64,000 nt of DNA from a virus (Duplodnaviria; Caudoviricetes): the IMG/VR virus record IMGVR_UViG_3300035520_000885, positions 50,128 through 114,127 of that record; one strand, written 5' to 3'. Under the pieces are notes generated by a model. The model was not told the origin of the DNA. It saw nothing but the letters and a program-made list of their open reading frames with translations, and did not search any database. Positions 40,655-51,309 of this stretch are shown here, piece after piece (the first letter of the stretch is position 1; every line of letters begins with the position of its first letter). The position numbers and the translations under genes were made by a program.

Positions 40655-40731
40655 TGGTGACGATGGCGAGGCTCGAACTCGCGACCCACTGCTTAAAAGG
40701 CAGTTGCTCATACCTACTGAGCTACATCGTC
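40655..40731 (-). tRNA. tRNA-Lys (UUU), CCA encoded
   Basis: Acceptor GACGATG/CATCGTC-ACCA, anticodon arm ACTGC-CTTTTAA-GCAGT, T-loop TTCGAGC. Confidence 0.95.
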
Positions 40732-40810
40732 ATAAATAATGGTTAGAGAAGTGATAAAATAAAATAGGTGGTGGAGTGAGTTTTTGACTTCTCACTCCAC
40801 CACCATCTTA

Positions 40811-41311
40811 TCACCTCTCAAAAATCTCCGCCCACCATTCTTTGGTGTCACAGAGATTATCAGTGAACCCATGCGAACGGGTTCTGTCTTTTTGAGCGTC
40901 CCACTTCTCCAAGTATTTCTCAGCGATTTTCTCATCACCGAGATATGGAAAACTCCCGGGAAATGCAAATCCAAAGTCTTCCGACGTGAATTTGTAGTTC
41001 CCTTTCTGCAACTGACCAGGTTTTCGTTTCTCAATGGAGTTGAGAAACTCTTTCATGATGACCTGGGACATGCCGGGGTTCCCATGGAAACAGTACTCCA
41101 GCATGGATGCGGCGCCGACCGTCCAGTTGAATTCGATTCCGAGGAACATCTTCAACTTCGGTCCGATCATGGAAATAATTCGGAATGCCGGCTGATAGAG
41201 TTCATCATAACCCATTACGTACTTGGTTCCGTCTGGCGCAGGGTCATCCATGTCCAAGAATGCCCACTGCATGAGGATTTCGGTACACGCCTCGATACCA
41301 GTTTTAGCCAT
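40811..41311 (-). CDS. Hypothetical protein
   Basis: SD AAGGAGG, 166 aa. Confidence 0.7.
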   Translation of the reverse strand: MAKTGIEACTEILMQWAFLDMDDPAPDGTKYVMGYDELYQPAFRIISMIGPKLKMFLGIEFNWTVGAASMLEYCFHGNPGMSQVIMKEFLNSIEKRKPGQLQKGNYKFTSEDFGFAFPGSFPYLGDEKIAEKYLEKWDAQKDRTRSHGFTDNLCDTKEWWAEIFER

Positions 41312-41329
41312 TTTGTTACCTCCTTAGTT

Positions 41330-41926
41330 TTAACAGACGCAGGAAGATGTGACTTCCTCGTCCCGTTTGTTCTGTAGTTCTGAGAGAAGCCAAATTTCTC
41401 GATTCGTAGCTTCCCCGCTTTCGATGCGTGGGGTGATGCACTCTATTACATCATCCACCGTCGGCCAACGGCGCATGCTGTAGAGTACGATCTCGAGCTT
41501 CTCCATCCCATCTTTGTCATATACCCTACGGTATAAAAACTTGCAGATTCGATTTCTCTGCACCTTATACGGAATTTTATTTTCCATATAGTAGTGCAGT
41601 GTATTCTCGAACTCCGCATCTGGGACGCACTGCTTTCTGGGCAGGACTCGTGCCCATACCCATTTGTCGAAGAGACGAGAGGGCATTACAACTGGACGTA
41701 CCGCAAAGTAATCTTTGCGGATATCAACCATGATTGGATGATTACTGGCTGCCGTCATCTCAATCCTTTGAGTATTCGAATCATTAACAGCTTCCAAATC
41801 ATACATCCCATTGCCCGCATCCTTAACATTGAACGAGATTTCATAATCCCATCCAGCAAGAATCATAGGTTCGCCATTCTTACATACTGCCTCCATTTCA
41901 ATTGGAGTGAGGATTTCTTTACTCAT
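41330..41926 (-). CDS. Hypothetical protein
   Basis: SD AAGGGG before MSKEIL; early-type motif at ~42005-42016. Confidence 0.65.
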   Translation of the reverse strand: MSKEILTPIEMEAVCKNGEPMILAGWDYEISFNVKDAGNGMYDLEAVNDSNTQRIEMTAASNHPIMVDIRKDYFAVRPVVMPSRLFDKWVWARVLPRKQCVPDAEFENTLHYYMENKIPYKVQRNRICKFLYRRVYDKDGMEKLEIVLYSMRRWPTVDDVIECITPRIESGEATNREIWLLSELQNKRDEEVTSSCVC

Positions 41927-42205
41927 AAAAATGCCCCTTTCTAGAAATTTATGAACAGCAATAAATTGACCCTCACTCAGTCCATTCCCTTGCGTTTCAT
42001 TAAAAATATAATATAACACCAAAAATCAGCGATTTAACGGATTTTTCTATGTTCCGATGAATTTTTATTATGGATTTGACTTCTAATATAAGGAAACCCT
42101 AAAAATATGGGTCAGGTTATATGTCATAACTTTAGCCTATATTTTATATTGGTTTTTAGGTGAAGAATGAGATGAGTGGTGCATAAGAAAGGAGGAGATT
42201 TTATT

Positions 42206-44479
42206 ATGGCCGAAAACCAGAAATATAATCTCAAGGACGAGTTACTAGCAGCTGACGAAAGACTCACAGGTTCATCATCGTTACTGGGAATGACAATGCT
42301 GTCATTTCCTCAATACAACAACAGCATGCGCTCGGTTATGTGGACGAGCCATGTAAAGCAATACGTCAATCTGAATAATCCGGATTTTGCGGGAGTATTC
42401 ACCAATGGTGAGAATACTGCTGGCAAAAATAGCTCTGGATATAAGAAAACGAAGAACGACATCGTTATCGTGAAGAAGATTTATAAGTATGGGGATTTAC
42501 TGGAAAATCCCTTCATCTATACAGTCATCTATTACGATAAGAAAAAGAAGCGGTATGAAATTTTCAATAGAAAGGATTCTGAAAATCTCACCGAGGTATT
42601 CGGATTCAACTACGATAATACCGTAATTGATTCTCTTCAGGAGGGAGATGAAGTTCCTGCTGGGACGATTCTCTATAAGTCTCGGTCTTATGACGATGAC
42701 TTAAATTATGCTTTTGGTAAGAATGTACATTTGATGTACACATCGGATCCCTTTACATCCGAGGATGCATGCGTTGCATCTGAATCTCTTGCCAAAAGCA
42801 TGACTTCTCCAGAAATTGTGACTGAGTCTATTGGTATCAACCAAAACGATTTTCTTCTCAATTTGTATGGAAAGAATGGAAAATATAAGCCGTTTCCTGA
42901 CATTGGAGAATGGGCGGATGGAGAACTGTGTGCTAGACGCACGTTGTTCAGCAATCAACTTCTCTCTGATTTCAAAGATTCTTCGCTTTCTAAGATTCAA
43001 GATTCCGATGTACGATTCTTCGGAACTGGTCAAGTCATTGATATTGATGTATATTGCAACAATCCTAATCTGGATAAGAATCCGTTTAACAAACAGATTC
43101 TGAAATATCTGGATAGTCAGACACGATATTATGAGGAAGTCGCATCTGCGTGTAAAGAAATCATGGACTCTGATGAAGAGTATTCGAAAGATATCGAGTA
43201 TTCCTACAAGAGAGCTTGTGAGTTCTTGGATCCTGATAAGAAGTGGAAAGACGAAAACTCCGTGTTCGGTAACATAATGCTTGATATCACTATCAAGAAT
43301 ACAATCGGACTCCAGCCGGGACAAAAGCTCTCAGGCAGATTCGGGAATAAATCTGTTATCTCCCAAATCCGTAAAGATGAAGATATGCCGTATTATTACG
43401 ATGACAATGGAAACAAGGTTGTTGTAGACCTGCTCTTCAATGTACTGGCTATCATCAATAGAACTACGGCATTTCCTATGTACGAGTTGTCTATCAACTA
43501 TATCTGCAACAAGGTTCGTACGCAGATGTCTAAGTGTAAAACCATGAAGCAGAAAGAGAAACTTCTCTTTGGTATTATTGAGGATTTCAATCAGGAGCAA
43601 GCACTCAAGATGAGAAAAGTCTATGATGGGCTTAGTAAGGAAGATAAGAAAGATTATATTGATTCTTGTATCAATGATAGAATCTTTATTCACCAAAAAC
43701 CGATTGGTGAAGAAACTCCTATCTTCTTCAGACTTCTCAATATCTACAAGAAGTATGACTTCCTGACTCCCTATACGATGTACATTAACAAGTGGGGTCG
43801 TCAGATTCAGATTCAAAACCCCATGTATATCGGAGAGATGTACATTGTGAAATTGAAGCAGACTTCTCGGAAAGGATTCTCTGTTCGTAGTACTGGTTCT
43901 ATCAATACAAAGGGACTTCCTGAGAGAAGCTACAAGAACAAATCGTTTACGGAACTTCGTAGTTCTACTCCGATTCGATTTGGTGAGTTCGAGACTCTGA
44001 ACTTCTCTATTGGTATGGTACCTGAAGACATTCAGTTGTTCCATCTCCTGTATCGTACGTCTATCAAAGGACGCAGAGACTTGGCAGAAAATCTTCTGTC
44101 TGCAAAGGAAGAGTTTAAGATTAGCAATACATACACTTCTCGTGTTGCAGAAATCTTCTCTGTTATTCTGAAATCTCTTGGTTTCAGATTGGACTTTGTG
44201 GATGAGGAGGAATATCTGAAAGAGTATGATGACGAAACGGTATCTCTCCATGTATTGGATGGAAGAGGATACCTCTGCACCGACTATCAGTTTATGCTGG
44301 TAGAAAGAAAGGATGCTATCCGAAAAGAGCTTCTTTCTAAATATGGTGCTATAGATGGAGATGAACTGGAAGATCTGGTTATGCAGGAATTGGTGAATCG
44401 GAATTTCATTATCGGCCCTGACAAGGAAGATTATGAAATGACGCAAGCGTTCCTGCCAGACACAGTTCCCATTGAATGA
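42206..44479 (+). CDS. rpoB: Putative non-virion RNAP beta C-terminal subunit
   Basis: FTSEDA, GQKLSGRFGNKSVI, GEMYIVKLKQ, PIRFGEFE. Confidence 0.9.
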   Translation: MAENQKYNLKDELLAADERLTGSSSLLGMTMLSFPQYNNSMRSVMWTSHVKQYVNLNNPDFAGVFTNGENTAGKNSSGYKKTKNDIVIVKKIYKYGDLLENPFIYTVIYYDKKKKRYEIFNRKDSENLTEVFGFNYDNTVIDSLQEGDEVPAGTILYKSRSYDDDLNYAFGKNVHLMYTSDPFTSEDACVASESLAKSMTSPEIVTESIGINQNDFLLNLYGKNGKYKPFPDIGEWADGELCARRTLFSNQLLSDFKDSSLSKIQDSDVRFFGTGQVIDIDVYCNNPNLDKNPFNKQILKYLDSQTRYYEEVASACKEIMDSDEEYSKDIEYSYKRACEFLDPDKKWKDENSVFGNIMLDITIKNTIGLQPGQKLSGRFGNKSVISQIRKDEDMPYYYDDNGNKVVVDLLFNVLAIINRTTAFPMYELSINYICNKVRTQMSKCKTMKQKEKLLFGIIEDFNQEQALKMRKVYDGLSKEDKKDYIDSCINDRIFIHQKPIGEETPIFFRLLNIYKKYDFLTPYTMYINKWGRQIQIQNPMYIGEMYIVKLKQTSRKGFSVRSTGSINTKGLPERSYKNKSFTELRSSTPIRFGEFETLNFSIGMVPEDIQLFHLLYRTSIKGRRDLAENLLSAKEEFKISNTYTSRVAEIFSVILKSLGFRLDFVDEEEYLKEYDDETVSLHVLDGRGYLCTDYQFMLVERKDAIRKELLSKYGAIDGDELEDLVMQELVNRNFIIGPDKEDYEMTQAFLPDTVPIE

Positions 44480-44549
44480 TGGATAAAGAGAGAAGAGGAG
44501 TGAAATACTCCTCTTCTCTTTTATAAATTTTATACGAGGTGATATATAC

Positions 44550-45179
44550 ATGACGCCATTAGAAAAATTCTTAGATGCGTATGACCAGTGGCAGAAAGCT
44601 GAGAAAGAGCTCGAGCTTGCTACACAAAAAGCTGACGAAGCCAGAGAGTACATGGAGAATTGTAAAAACTACTATGACTCTACACAGAAGATATATACAA
44701 ATAAGGAAGTAACCCCACTGGATATTGCAAAGTATGAGCAAGACTTGAGCGTGTCTATCTATGCCCATAATACTCTGACAAAGACGGCATGTCTTGCGAA
44801 TGCACTTCAATTAACTCGAATCAAACAATTCAAATATCGGCTCGAGTTTTCCGTGTATGACTATACAGAGATGCAGTGCCTTGCAAAAGATAAAGTCATT
44901 GAGCTTCCGTTTGTGCTATGTGAGAAAGCTTCAACTCGTCATGCTCTTGGGATTCCTTCGGATTTGTATCTTGCAATTCCTCAATATGAATGGGAGTCTC
45001 TTCCTGTTCGTCAATGGAGTCCCACTAAAATCACAATCATGACAGAAACAGAGACTGGCACAAATAAGATTGCAGAATTGAGCTTCAGAGATGAACCTGC
45101 TATTGTTGCTCGTAGCTTCGATTATCTTCCTTTCAATGGAGGAAGATGGGTCGCACTTAGAGCATACAGAAAACCGTGA
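44550..45179 (+). CDS. Hypothetical protein
   Basis: SD GAGGTG, N-terminal coiled coil. Confidence 0.65.
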   Translation: MTPLEKFLDAYDQWQKAEKELELATQKADEAREYMENCKNYYDSTQKIYTNKEVTPLDIAKYEQDLSVSIYAHNTLTKTACLANALQLTRIKQFKYRLEFSVYDYTEMQCLAKDKVIELPFVLCEKASTRHALGIPSDLYLAIPQYEWESLPVRQWSPTKITIMTETETGTNKIAELSFRDEPAIVARSFDYLPFNGGRWVALRAYRKP

Positions 45180-45823
45180 AAGGAGATACAAACATGACTG
45201 ATTACACGAATCCTGAGACAATCTCGATTGAGTCCTGGCTCAAGTCTGAGAAAAATGAAGCTCTAATTACGAAGAACTTCTTAGTGTCTTTCGCAGAGGA
45301 AGACAAAGCTACTAGGATTGAAGAGCACGATCCTTATGGAGCAAACGTTGCGTATCCCACTGAGAGTAATCCGAATTGCATTCCTGATGTTTCTTTTGAT
45401 GAAATCTTTGAAAAAGTCAAGAGACATTTAGTGAACGAGGGCTGCTCTGTCTCCAAACATCCTGGGGCACTCTTCTCGGTTTATGCAAATGATAGTATTG
45501 GAAATGCTGGGAATCTTCTCAAGGGTTATTCCTCTCACATTTTCTCTATTATGCGTGATACTGATAGGGTATATGATGGGAAACCGTCGACAGTTGAAAT
45601 TGTCTGCTGTATGAATACAATTTCGGAGCTTCCCATCAATTTTGAAAATTATACCCTTACGCAGCTCAACATCGAGCTTCCTAGGCAGCGTCCGATGTAC
45701 TTCAATTGTATCAATAATGGTGTTGCAAAATATACCATTGGTCAACTCCGTCGCATGGGTCAGTTCGTTACTGAGCTTGGCGATGGATGGATTGCTCTGT
45801 GTGCAAAATATCATATCCGATAA
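45176..45823 (+). CDS. Hypothetical protein
   Basis: ORF in the same operon; start may be the ATG of MTDY. Confidence 0.65.
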   Translation: MKGDTNMTDYTNPETISIESWLKSEKNEALITKNFLVSFAEEDKATRIEEHDPYGANVAYPTESNPNCIPDVSFDEIFEKVKRHLVNEGCSVSKHPGALFSVYANDSIGNAGNLLKGYSSHIFSIMRDTDRVYDGKPSTVEIVCCMNTISELPINFENYTLTQLNIELPRQRPMYFNCINNGVAKYTIGQLRRMGQFVTELGDGWIALCAKYHIR

Positions 45824-45866
45824 GGTGAGAAAAAAGACAGGTGAGAATTCTCACCTGTCTTTTTTC

Positions 45867-47078
45867 TTATTTCGTAGAAAGAAAATCCTGGACAACTGTC
45901 TGAATGATGTAGAGAAGAATGGGAGTGAAGAAATAAACTTCTTTACTTGCTTCCAGATTCAGAAGCTCTTCATTCAAATCAAGAGGAATATCATAAATTG
46001 TGATATCCTCTTTTCTTGCAAACTTCTGCATCAGTTCCACATATTTCGATTCTTGAGGAGCGTTATACTTAAAAGAAGAAATCATCTCCTGAGAGAATAA
46101 TGTGTCAGTTCCGGTCGTTGTGCCCAGAGGAATGTCTACCATCAGAATGGACGAATCATTCCATTTTGCAAAAGCAGAGTCTACCTTATCAGTACCAGAG
46201 AGGGTATAATAATAGAACTCTTTAATCGTAGAAATATCCCGTCTTTCGAAGAAACGATAGATGGATTTTTCATACTTAATCTTTCTCTTATTGTCCATGA
46301 ATCCCTCAGAGAGAATCATCGTATTGTAGCTACTCTTCTTATTGAGGAGTCGATGGGTATTGATGAAAACAGACTGAAGGGGGTCAAAGATTTTATATCC
46401 ACCCTGAGTGTCAGAATCTGCCATGAAGCAGTTATATCTCTTATTATAGAAAATGGAGATATAGGTTTTCACCATGTCATCATAGAGGTTATTCAGATTA
46501 TCAATCTGCTCTTTATACTCTTCCATGAGAAGACAGTTATTCTCAGTACCGATATTCTCTAATACACAACTATACTTCGTCTCGACTTGATTGTCGAGCA
46601 TCTCTTCACTTTCATTATCATGATACTCAAGTTTGAATCCAATCTGATAGTAATTATCTGGACGGATTGTATCATACTGAACTTCAGTGACTCTGAAAAT
46701 GAAGGAGCCTTCCTTCGGGTGCGTGATAACAAACAAGTCATTCTGGAGAGGCTTGATTGTATTTGGGAGAATCACTGCACTCGAAGAGAAGCTTGTATCA
46801 ATTCCTTGGTCTTCAGAGCCAATTGCCAATTGAACAGGCTCCAATCCATAGATAGGAAAATTGATAATCTTCTGGAATCGAATGGGGGAACTATCGGACA
46901 GAATAGATTCAACGTCTTTGAATCCACCATCCACGGTAGTCTCTAAGTTATTGATATGGTAATAGGTAACAAAAGACGGGCTTTTATCAAGAAAACGAGA
47001 AATCTGGGAATTTAATCTATCTTCATACTTGAAGATATTATCTTCCACAAATTTCTGTTCATCAAATAGAAATGCCAT
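45867..47078 (-). CDS. Hypothetical protein, probably virion structural (late gene)
   Basis: 403 aa, SD AAGGAGG, late promoter 47110-47121. Confidence 0.6.
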   Translation of the reverse strand: MAFLFDEQKFVEDNIFKYEDRLNSQISRFLDKSPSFVTYYHINNLETTVDGGFKDVESILSDSSPIRFQKIINFPIYGLEPVQLAIGSEDQGIDTSFSSSAVILPNTIKPLQNDLFVITHPKEGSFIFRVTEVQYDTIRPDNYYQIGFKLEYHDNESEEMLDNQVETKYSCVLENIGTENNCLLMEEYKEQIDNLNNLYDDMVKTYISIFYNKRYNCFMADSDTQGGYKIFDPLQSVFINTHRLLNKKSSYNTMILSEGFMDNKRKIKYEKSIYRFFERRDISTIKEFYYYTLSGTDKVDSAFAKWNDSSILMVDIPLGTTTGTDTLFSQEMISSFKYNAPQESKYVELMQKFARKEDITIYDIPLDLNEELLNLEASKEVYFFTPILLYIIQTVVQDFLSTK

Positions 47079-47193
47079 CAGTGTCTACCTCCTTTTAGTA
47101 GTATCAACTTAATAGATTGTTTTTCAGTGAAAATTCTCTGAAAATAGGGAGAGCTTATATATTATAACAAATAGAAAGGATTGGTGGTATCAT

Positions 47194-47889
47194 ATGGCAA
47201 ACTCTAAACGTTTCGATGACAGGCCATTGGTTGTCATCTATACAGACGGAGCGTGCAAAGGAAACCCCGATGGGCCAGGAGGATATGGGGCAGTCGTCAA
47301 ATATCTTGATGATGACGGCAAAGTCCTCCGTATTGATGAATTCACAGGTGCATTCAAATTCACAACAAATAATCGCATGGAGATTCTGGGTGTCGTTGTA
47401 GCAGTAGAATCTTTACAACAGCCATCCTGCATCACAATCATCTCTGATTCCAAATATGTCGTCCAGGCGTTAAGCTGTGGATGGATATGGAATTGGATGA
47501 AAAATGGATGGGTGACTTCTACTCAGACTCCTGTAAAAAATGTGGATTTGTGGCAGAGGCTTCTTGTCGCATTGAGGCCTCATCGTTGTGAATTCCAATG
47601 GGTAAAAGGGCATAATGGTCATCCCGAAAACGAACGGTGCGATTTTCTTGCCTCTGCGTCCGCAAAAGGGAAAGTATTTATAAAAGGAGATGATGGGAGA
47701 TGTATTCTGATAGATGAGAAGACTCAGCAGGAAGAGAAACATGATTATAGCTTCATGGTTCTAAATGCTGCAATGGAAGTCTTTGATTATCTGAAAGATA
47801 CTTTGGATGAAGAGAAGATAAAGGAGAAAGGAGGCACCCAGAAGATGATAGATGAAATTGCTATCATCATAGATGCTAAAATAAAATAA
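47194..47889 (+). CDS. rnhA: Ribonuclease HI with C-terminal extension
   Basis: IYTDGACKGNP, TTNNRME, SDSKYV, VKNVDLW, WVKGHNGHPENERCD. Confidence 0.93.
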   Translation: MANSKRFDDRPLVVIYTDGACKGNPDGPGGYGAVVKYLDDDGKVLRIDEFTGAFKFTTNNRMEILGVVVAVESLQQPSCITIISDSKYVVQALSCGWIWNWMKNGWVTSTQTPVKNVDLWQRLLVALRPHRCEFQWVKGHNGHPENERCDFLASASAKGKVFIKGDDGRCILIDEKTQQEEKHDYSFMVLNAAMEVFDYLKDTLDEEKIKEKGGTQKMIDEIAIIIDAKIK

Positions 47890-47936
47890 TGAGGGAGACA
47901 CACTCATAAAGTTTTGTCAAGGAGGCTGATATTTTT

Positions 47937-49057
47937 ATGGGTAAACAGCTTGTGCGCATGACTCGTCTGAACTGGGACATTGAGTTCTTACAGGATATCA
48001 TTAGCAATAATGGTTTCCTGATTACAGAACCTGCGACGTTCCAGCAAGACGACATGAAGCAAAAATCTCTATATGGTGCTAGGTCTACTTTGTATGGCAC
48101 TAGCTATGACGACGAAACAGCATTCATTGAACGATATCGCTGTCAGTGCGGTTCGTTTAAAGGAAAGGTCTTTGAGGGAGAGATTTGTCCTTTCTGTGGA
48201 AAACCTGTAGAATTTCGAGATGTGAATATCGAATTTACAGGTTGGATTTCCCTCGGGAGTCACTATATTGTCAATCCGCTCTATTACAATCGGCTTTGTA
48301 AGTTGATTGGTAAGACTACTTTTCCGGAGATTGTAAATGTGAAGACTGTCGTGGATACCAATGGTAACATGAGAGCGCTCACATATGAAGATCTGGATGA
48401 GAAGCCGAAGCATCCGTTCTTTGGAATCGGATTGGTGGAGTTCAGGAAGCGCTTTGAAGAAGTCCTGAAATGGTTCAAAGCAAAAAAGAAGGGCAAAGAA
48501 GAAGAGTTCGACCGAATGATTTCGGAGTCCTCTTCTGTTTTCTGCTCTCATATTCCTATCTACTCTACTCTTCTGAGACCTCAGAGTAGCACTTCGGATA
48601 CTTACTACTTCAACCCGATTGACAAACATGTGAATCCCCTCTTTACACTGTCAGAGAAACTCAAGAAAGCAGAGGAAATTGATGAGAGATTCATTCTGCA
48701 AAGAATCCAGTCTCGTGTCAATTCTCTCTGGGATATCAACTTCGATTTCCTGAATGGTAAGGAAGGTTTGATTCGAGGTCAACTCTTAGGAGGAAGCCTC
48801 AACTATACCTCCCGGAATGTTATCATTCCAAATCCTGGATTAAGGGATGATGAGGTGGACCTGAGCTACCACACTTTCTTGGAACTCTACAAGTTCAAAA
48901 TCATCGCATATCTCATGCAGATGGACAACATCTCGCTCGCTAAGGCTTATAACATTTGGGCCAAGGCATATAGATTCGACAATCGAATCTATGAGATTAT
49001 GCTTCTCATCATCAAGAACACGAAACCGTTAATCTTGATGAACCGTAATCCGACGCT
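47937..49057 (+). CDS. rpoC: Putative non-virion RNAP beta-prime N-terminal subunit, exon 1
   Basis: CQCG...ICPFCG zinc finger, GKEGLIRGQLLG, SRNVI, NRNPTL; spliced product 467 aa. Confidence 0.88.
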
Positions 49058-49457
49058 AAAATGTTTGGTGTCATTAAACCTATCTAATTGCGGGAAACTC
49101 GCTTAATCTATGATTACTAACTCATAGCAGTGATGTATATGAGGGCAATGGGCAATTCCAAAGACATAGTAAAAAGATCGTAGATGTGATAATCCGCAGC
49201 GAAGTATCAAGTTCGACTTGATATATGCTCAACGACTATGGAAAGCTAGACATCCAGATTGATAGAAATATCTAAATAGAGTTTTACTCTAGCTGGATTG
49301 AAAATAAGGTAGATTGAAATATCTACACGAAGCGAGTAGGTCCGACAGGGACGAAAGGTAGATGAGGATGGAAACATCCAACAGTCGAAATGATAGGCTT
49401 TTGTTATTATGGTAAAAGTGATAACAACTGAAGATATAGTCTGAAGTGAAAACTTTG
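49058..49457 (+). mobile_element. Group I intron, ORF-less (400 nt)
   Basis: P1 gacgcU/Ggtgtc, AATTGCGGGAA, AATCCGCAG, CAACGACTA, AAGATATAGTC, terminal G; restores NRNPTL-NYYSM. Confidence 0.88.
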
Positions 49458-49563
49458 AAATTATTATTCGATGCTTCTGATGAAAGTGCGGACGATTAAG
49501 AGAGATGTGAATGACTTCACTCTGTCTGTCCCGTTGGCAGTTTTACCAGGATTGAACGCGGAT
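49458..49563 (+). CDS. rpoC: RNAP beta-prime N-terminal subunit, exon 2 (106 nt)
   Basis: NYYSMLLMKV...VLPGLNAD. Confidence 0.85.
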
Positions 49564-50852
49564 CAACTCGAGGTCCGGGTGTGCAGTAATGTACATGAGG
49601 AATCACGTGAACGCTTAACAAGCGGTGTGAGCTATTGCAAAATAGCTTGCTAACGGTAGAAGTTAGATAAGGTACATCAGCAAATTGGTACACGAATACA
49701 CTTTCTAAGAGAGCCTACGGTCCAGCAATGGATAGCAGGTAATACCGTGCCAAGCTTCTTCAATCAAAAGCATATATTATACCGAAGTTATACTAAGGAG
49801 GTATATTATATGAAATTTACCAACAGCAAGCAAATCGATCTCTATGGTGAAAAGGTTAGTTGTATTTACATCGTAACCAACGAGGTTAATGGTAAAGTCT
49901 ATATAGGACAAACTGTCAATTTTCGTAACCGATTGAGCGATTACCAAAATATTCATCACAAAGACTCTAACTCCCAATCAATTAAGAAGGCCATCGTACT
50001 ATATGGCACTGATAACTTCACGATTGACATTCTTGAACTCTGCGACCCAGATGACTTAGATAACCGTGAAGCTCACTATATTGAGGAGTATCAATCCACG
50101 GATAGGAATTTTGGATATAACTACATGAAGCATACCTACCATTCTAACTCTGAAGAATCGAGGAAAGCAAAATCCATCGGTCATATGGGGTTGAAAGCTA
50201 GTAGGGCTACTAAGATGAAGAAATCCAATATGATTCTTGCCGTGAAAGATAATACTTTGATTAGTGCATATGGCGCTAAGTTCTTTGGGGATTATGTAGG
50301 TGCAGGGAAGGATCTTGTGAAGAACTGTCTTAGACAGCCTTGCAAACTTCATGGATACCGTCTCTATTATGATGATTTCTATAAGAGACAGGAAATCCGT
50401 AAGAAAGTGATGAATATGAAAAAGCGTAAAGATACTGAGTATCTTGATGTTTTGGACGCTATTGATATGATTGAAGTTGAAGGTCTAGAGACTATGGATC
50501 TGTATTTCGATAAAGTTTTCATCCTTGTAGAGGATGAGAATTCTGAATCGGGATTCAGACTTGACAACTATACAATCGAAGAAGAATTAGAAGATTATTC
50601 TGTGGACGAGTTCGATTATCCCATTATGGAAGAATCGGAAGAGGAACCGGTAGATATCTTCGATTATCTTTAATTGTAGTCAAGGTACTGGTTAGTTGGA
50701 GTGGCTAACTGGGAAGCGCGTGGCATCCTAATTATGAATACCTAAAATATATTCATAAAAGGATGAAGATATAGTCCGAATTACAAACCTAGTCAAAGTA
50801 GTTAAACCTAAAAGTTTGACTTACAAAAAATTTGATTAGATAAAGTATTCCG
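49564..50852 (+). mobile_element. Group I intron (1289 nt) with GIY-YIG endonuclease, inserted in the NADFDGD motif
   Basis: P1 cggaU/Gtccg, P10 ttcga/tcgag, AATACCGTG, TAGAGACTA, AAGATATAGTCC, terminal G. Confidence 0.88.
49810..50673 (+). CDS. Intron-encoded GIY-YIG homing endonuclease
   Basis: SD AAGGAGG; CIY...NGKVYIGQT..FRNR, E..YI, GYN. Confidence 0.88.
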   Translation: MKFTNSKQIDLYGEKVSCIYIVTNEVNGKVYIGQTVNFRNRLSDYQNIHHKDSNSQSIKKAIVLYGTDNFTIDILELCDPDDLDNREAHYIEEYQSTDRNFGYNYMKHTYHSNSEESRKAKSIGHMGLKASRATKMKKSNMILAVKDNTLISAYGAKFFGDYVGAGKDLVKNCLRQPCKLHGYRLYYDDFYKRQEIRKKVMNMKKRKDTEYLDVLDAIDMIEVEGLETMDLYFDKVFILVEDENSESGFRLDNYTIEEELEDYSVDEFDYPIMEESEEEPVDIFDYL

Positions 50853-51029
50853 TTCGATGGCGATATCCTGAATATAATTGGTATGATGACTGAGGAGATG
50901 AAATACGCATTCCGTAAATTTGATCCCGTTACACGTATGATTATCTCTAGAGACAGTGGTCTTTTGAATGACTACTTCGCTTTGACTAAAGATCAGCTCA
51001 TCAACCTATACTACTTCTGTACTATTTAA
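50853..51029 (+). CDS. rpoC: RNAP beta-prime N-terminal subunit, exon 3
   Basis: FDGDILNIIGMMTEEMKYAF...YYFCTI*; completes NAD|FDGD. Confidence 0.88.
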   Translation, partial: FDGDILNIIGMMTEEMKYAFRKFDPVTRMIISRDSGLLNDYFALTKDQLINLYYFCTI

Positions 51030-51309
51030 TGGTATACTAAGTCACCTAGTAGATTCTTTGTGGGTCTACTAGGTAACTTTTTTATTCTCATATAGAAAAG
51101 ATTGATATTTTCTTCTAATTATACCAGATAGATTCCAACATTTAAACCTAGTAGACTTTGAATATCTGCTAGGTTTTATTTTATCCCTATAAGTGCTCAC
51201 GTGTATAGTTTCCATAGTATTTTACTTAAGTAGAATCATAAAGACGTTAATCATAAGAAAGAGCGTTTGCTCTAGTCTAAATATATTTTTTATAATGGGG
51301 GTTTTGATT

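Noticed and set aside
43331-44653. Long antisense ORFs over RNAP genes (also 16074-17222 and 57944-58987)
   Set aside because: No RBS or protein motifs; shadow frames
49471-49653. Stand-alone 60-aa ORF (likewise 28147-28455 and 5148-5531)
   Set aside because: These are RNAP exons, not independent genes
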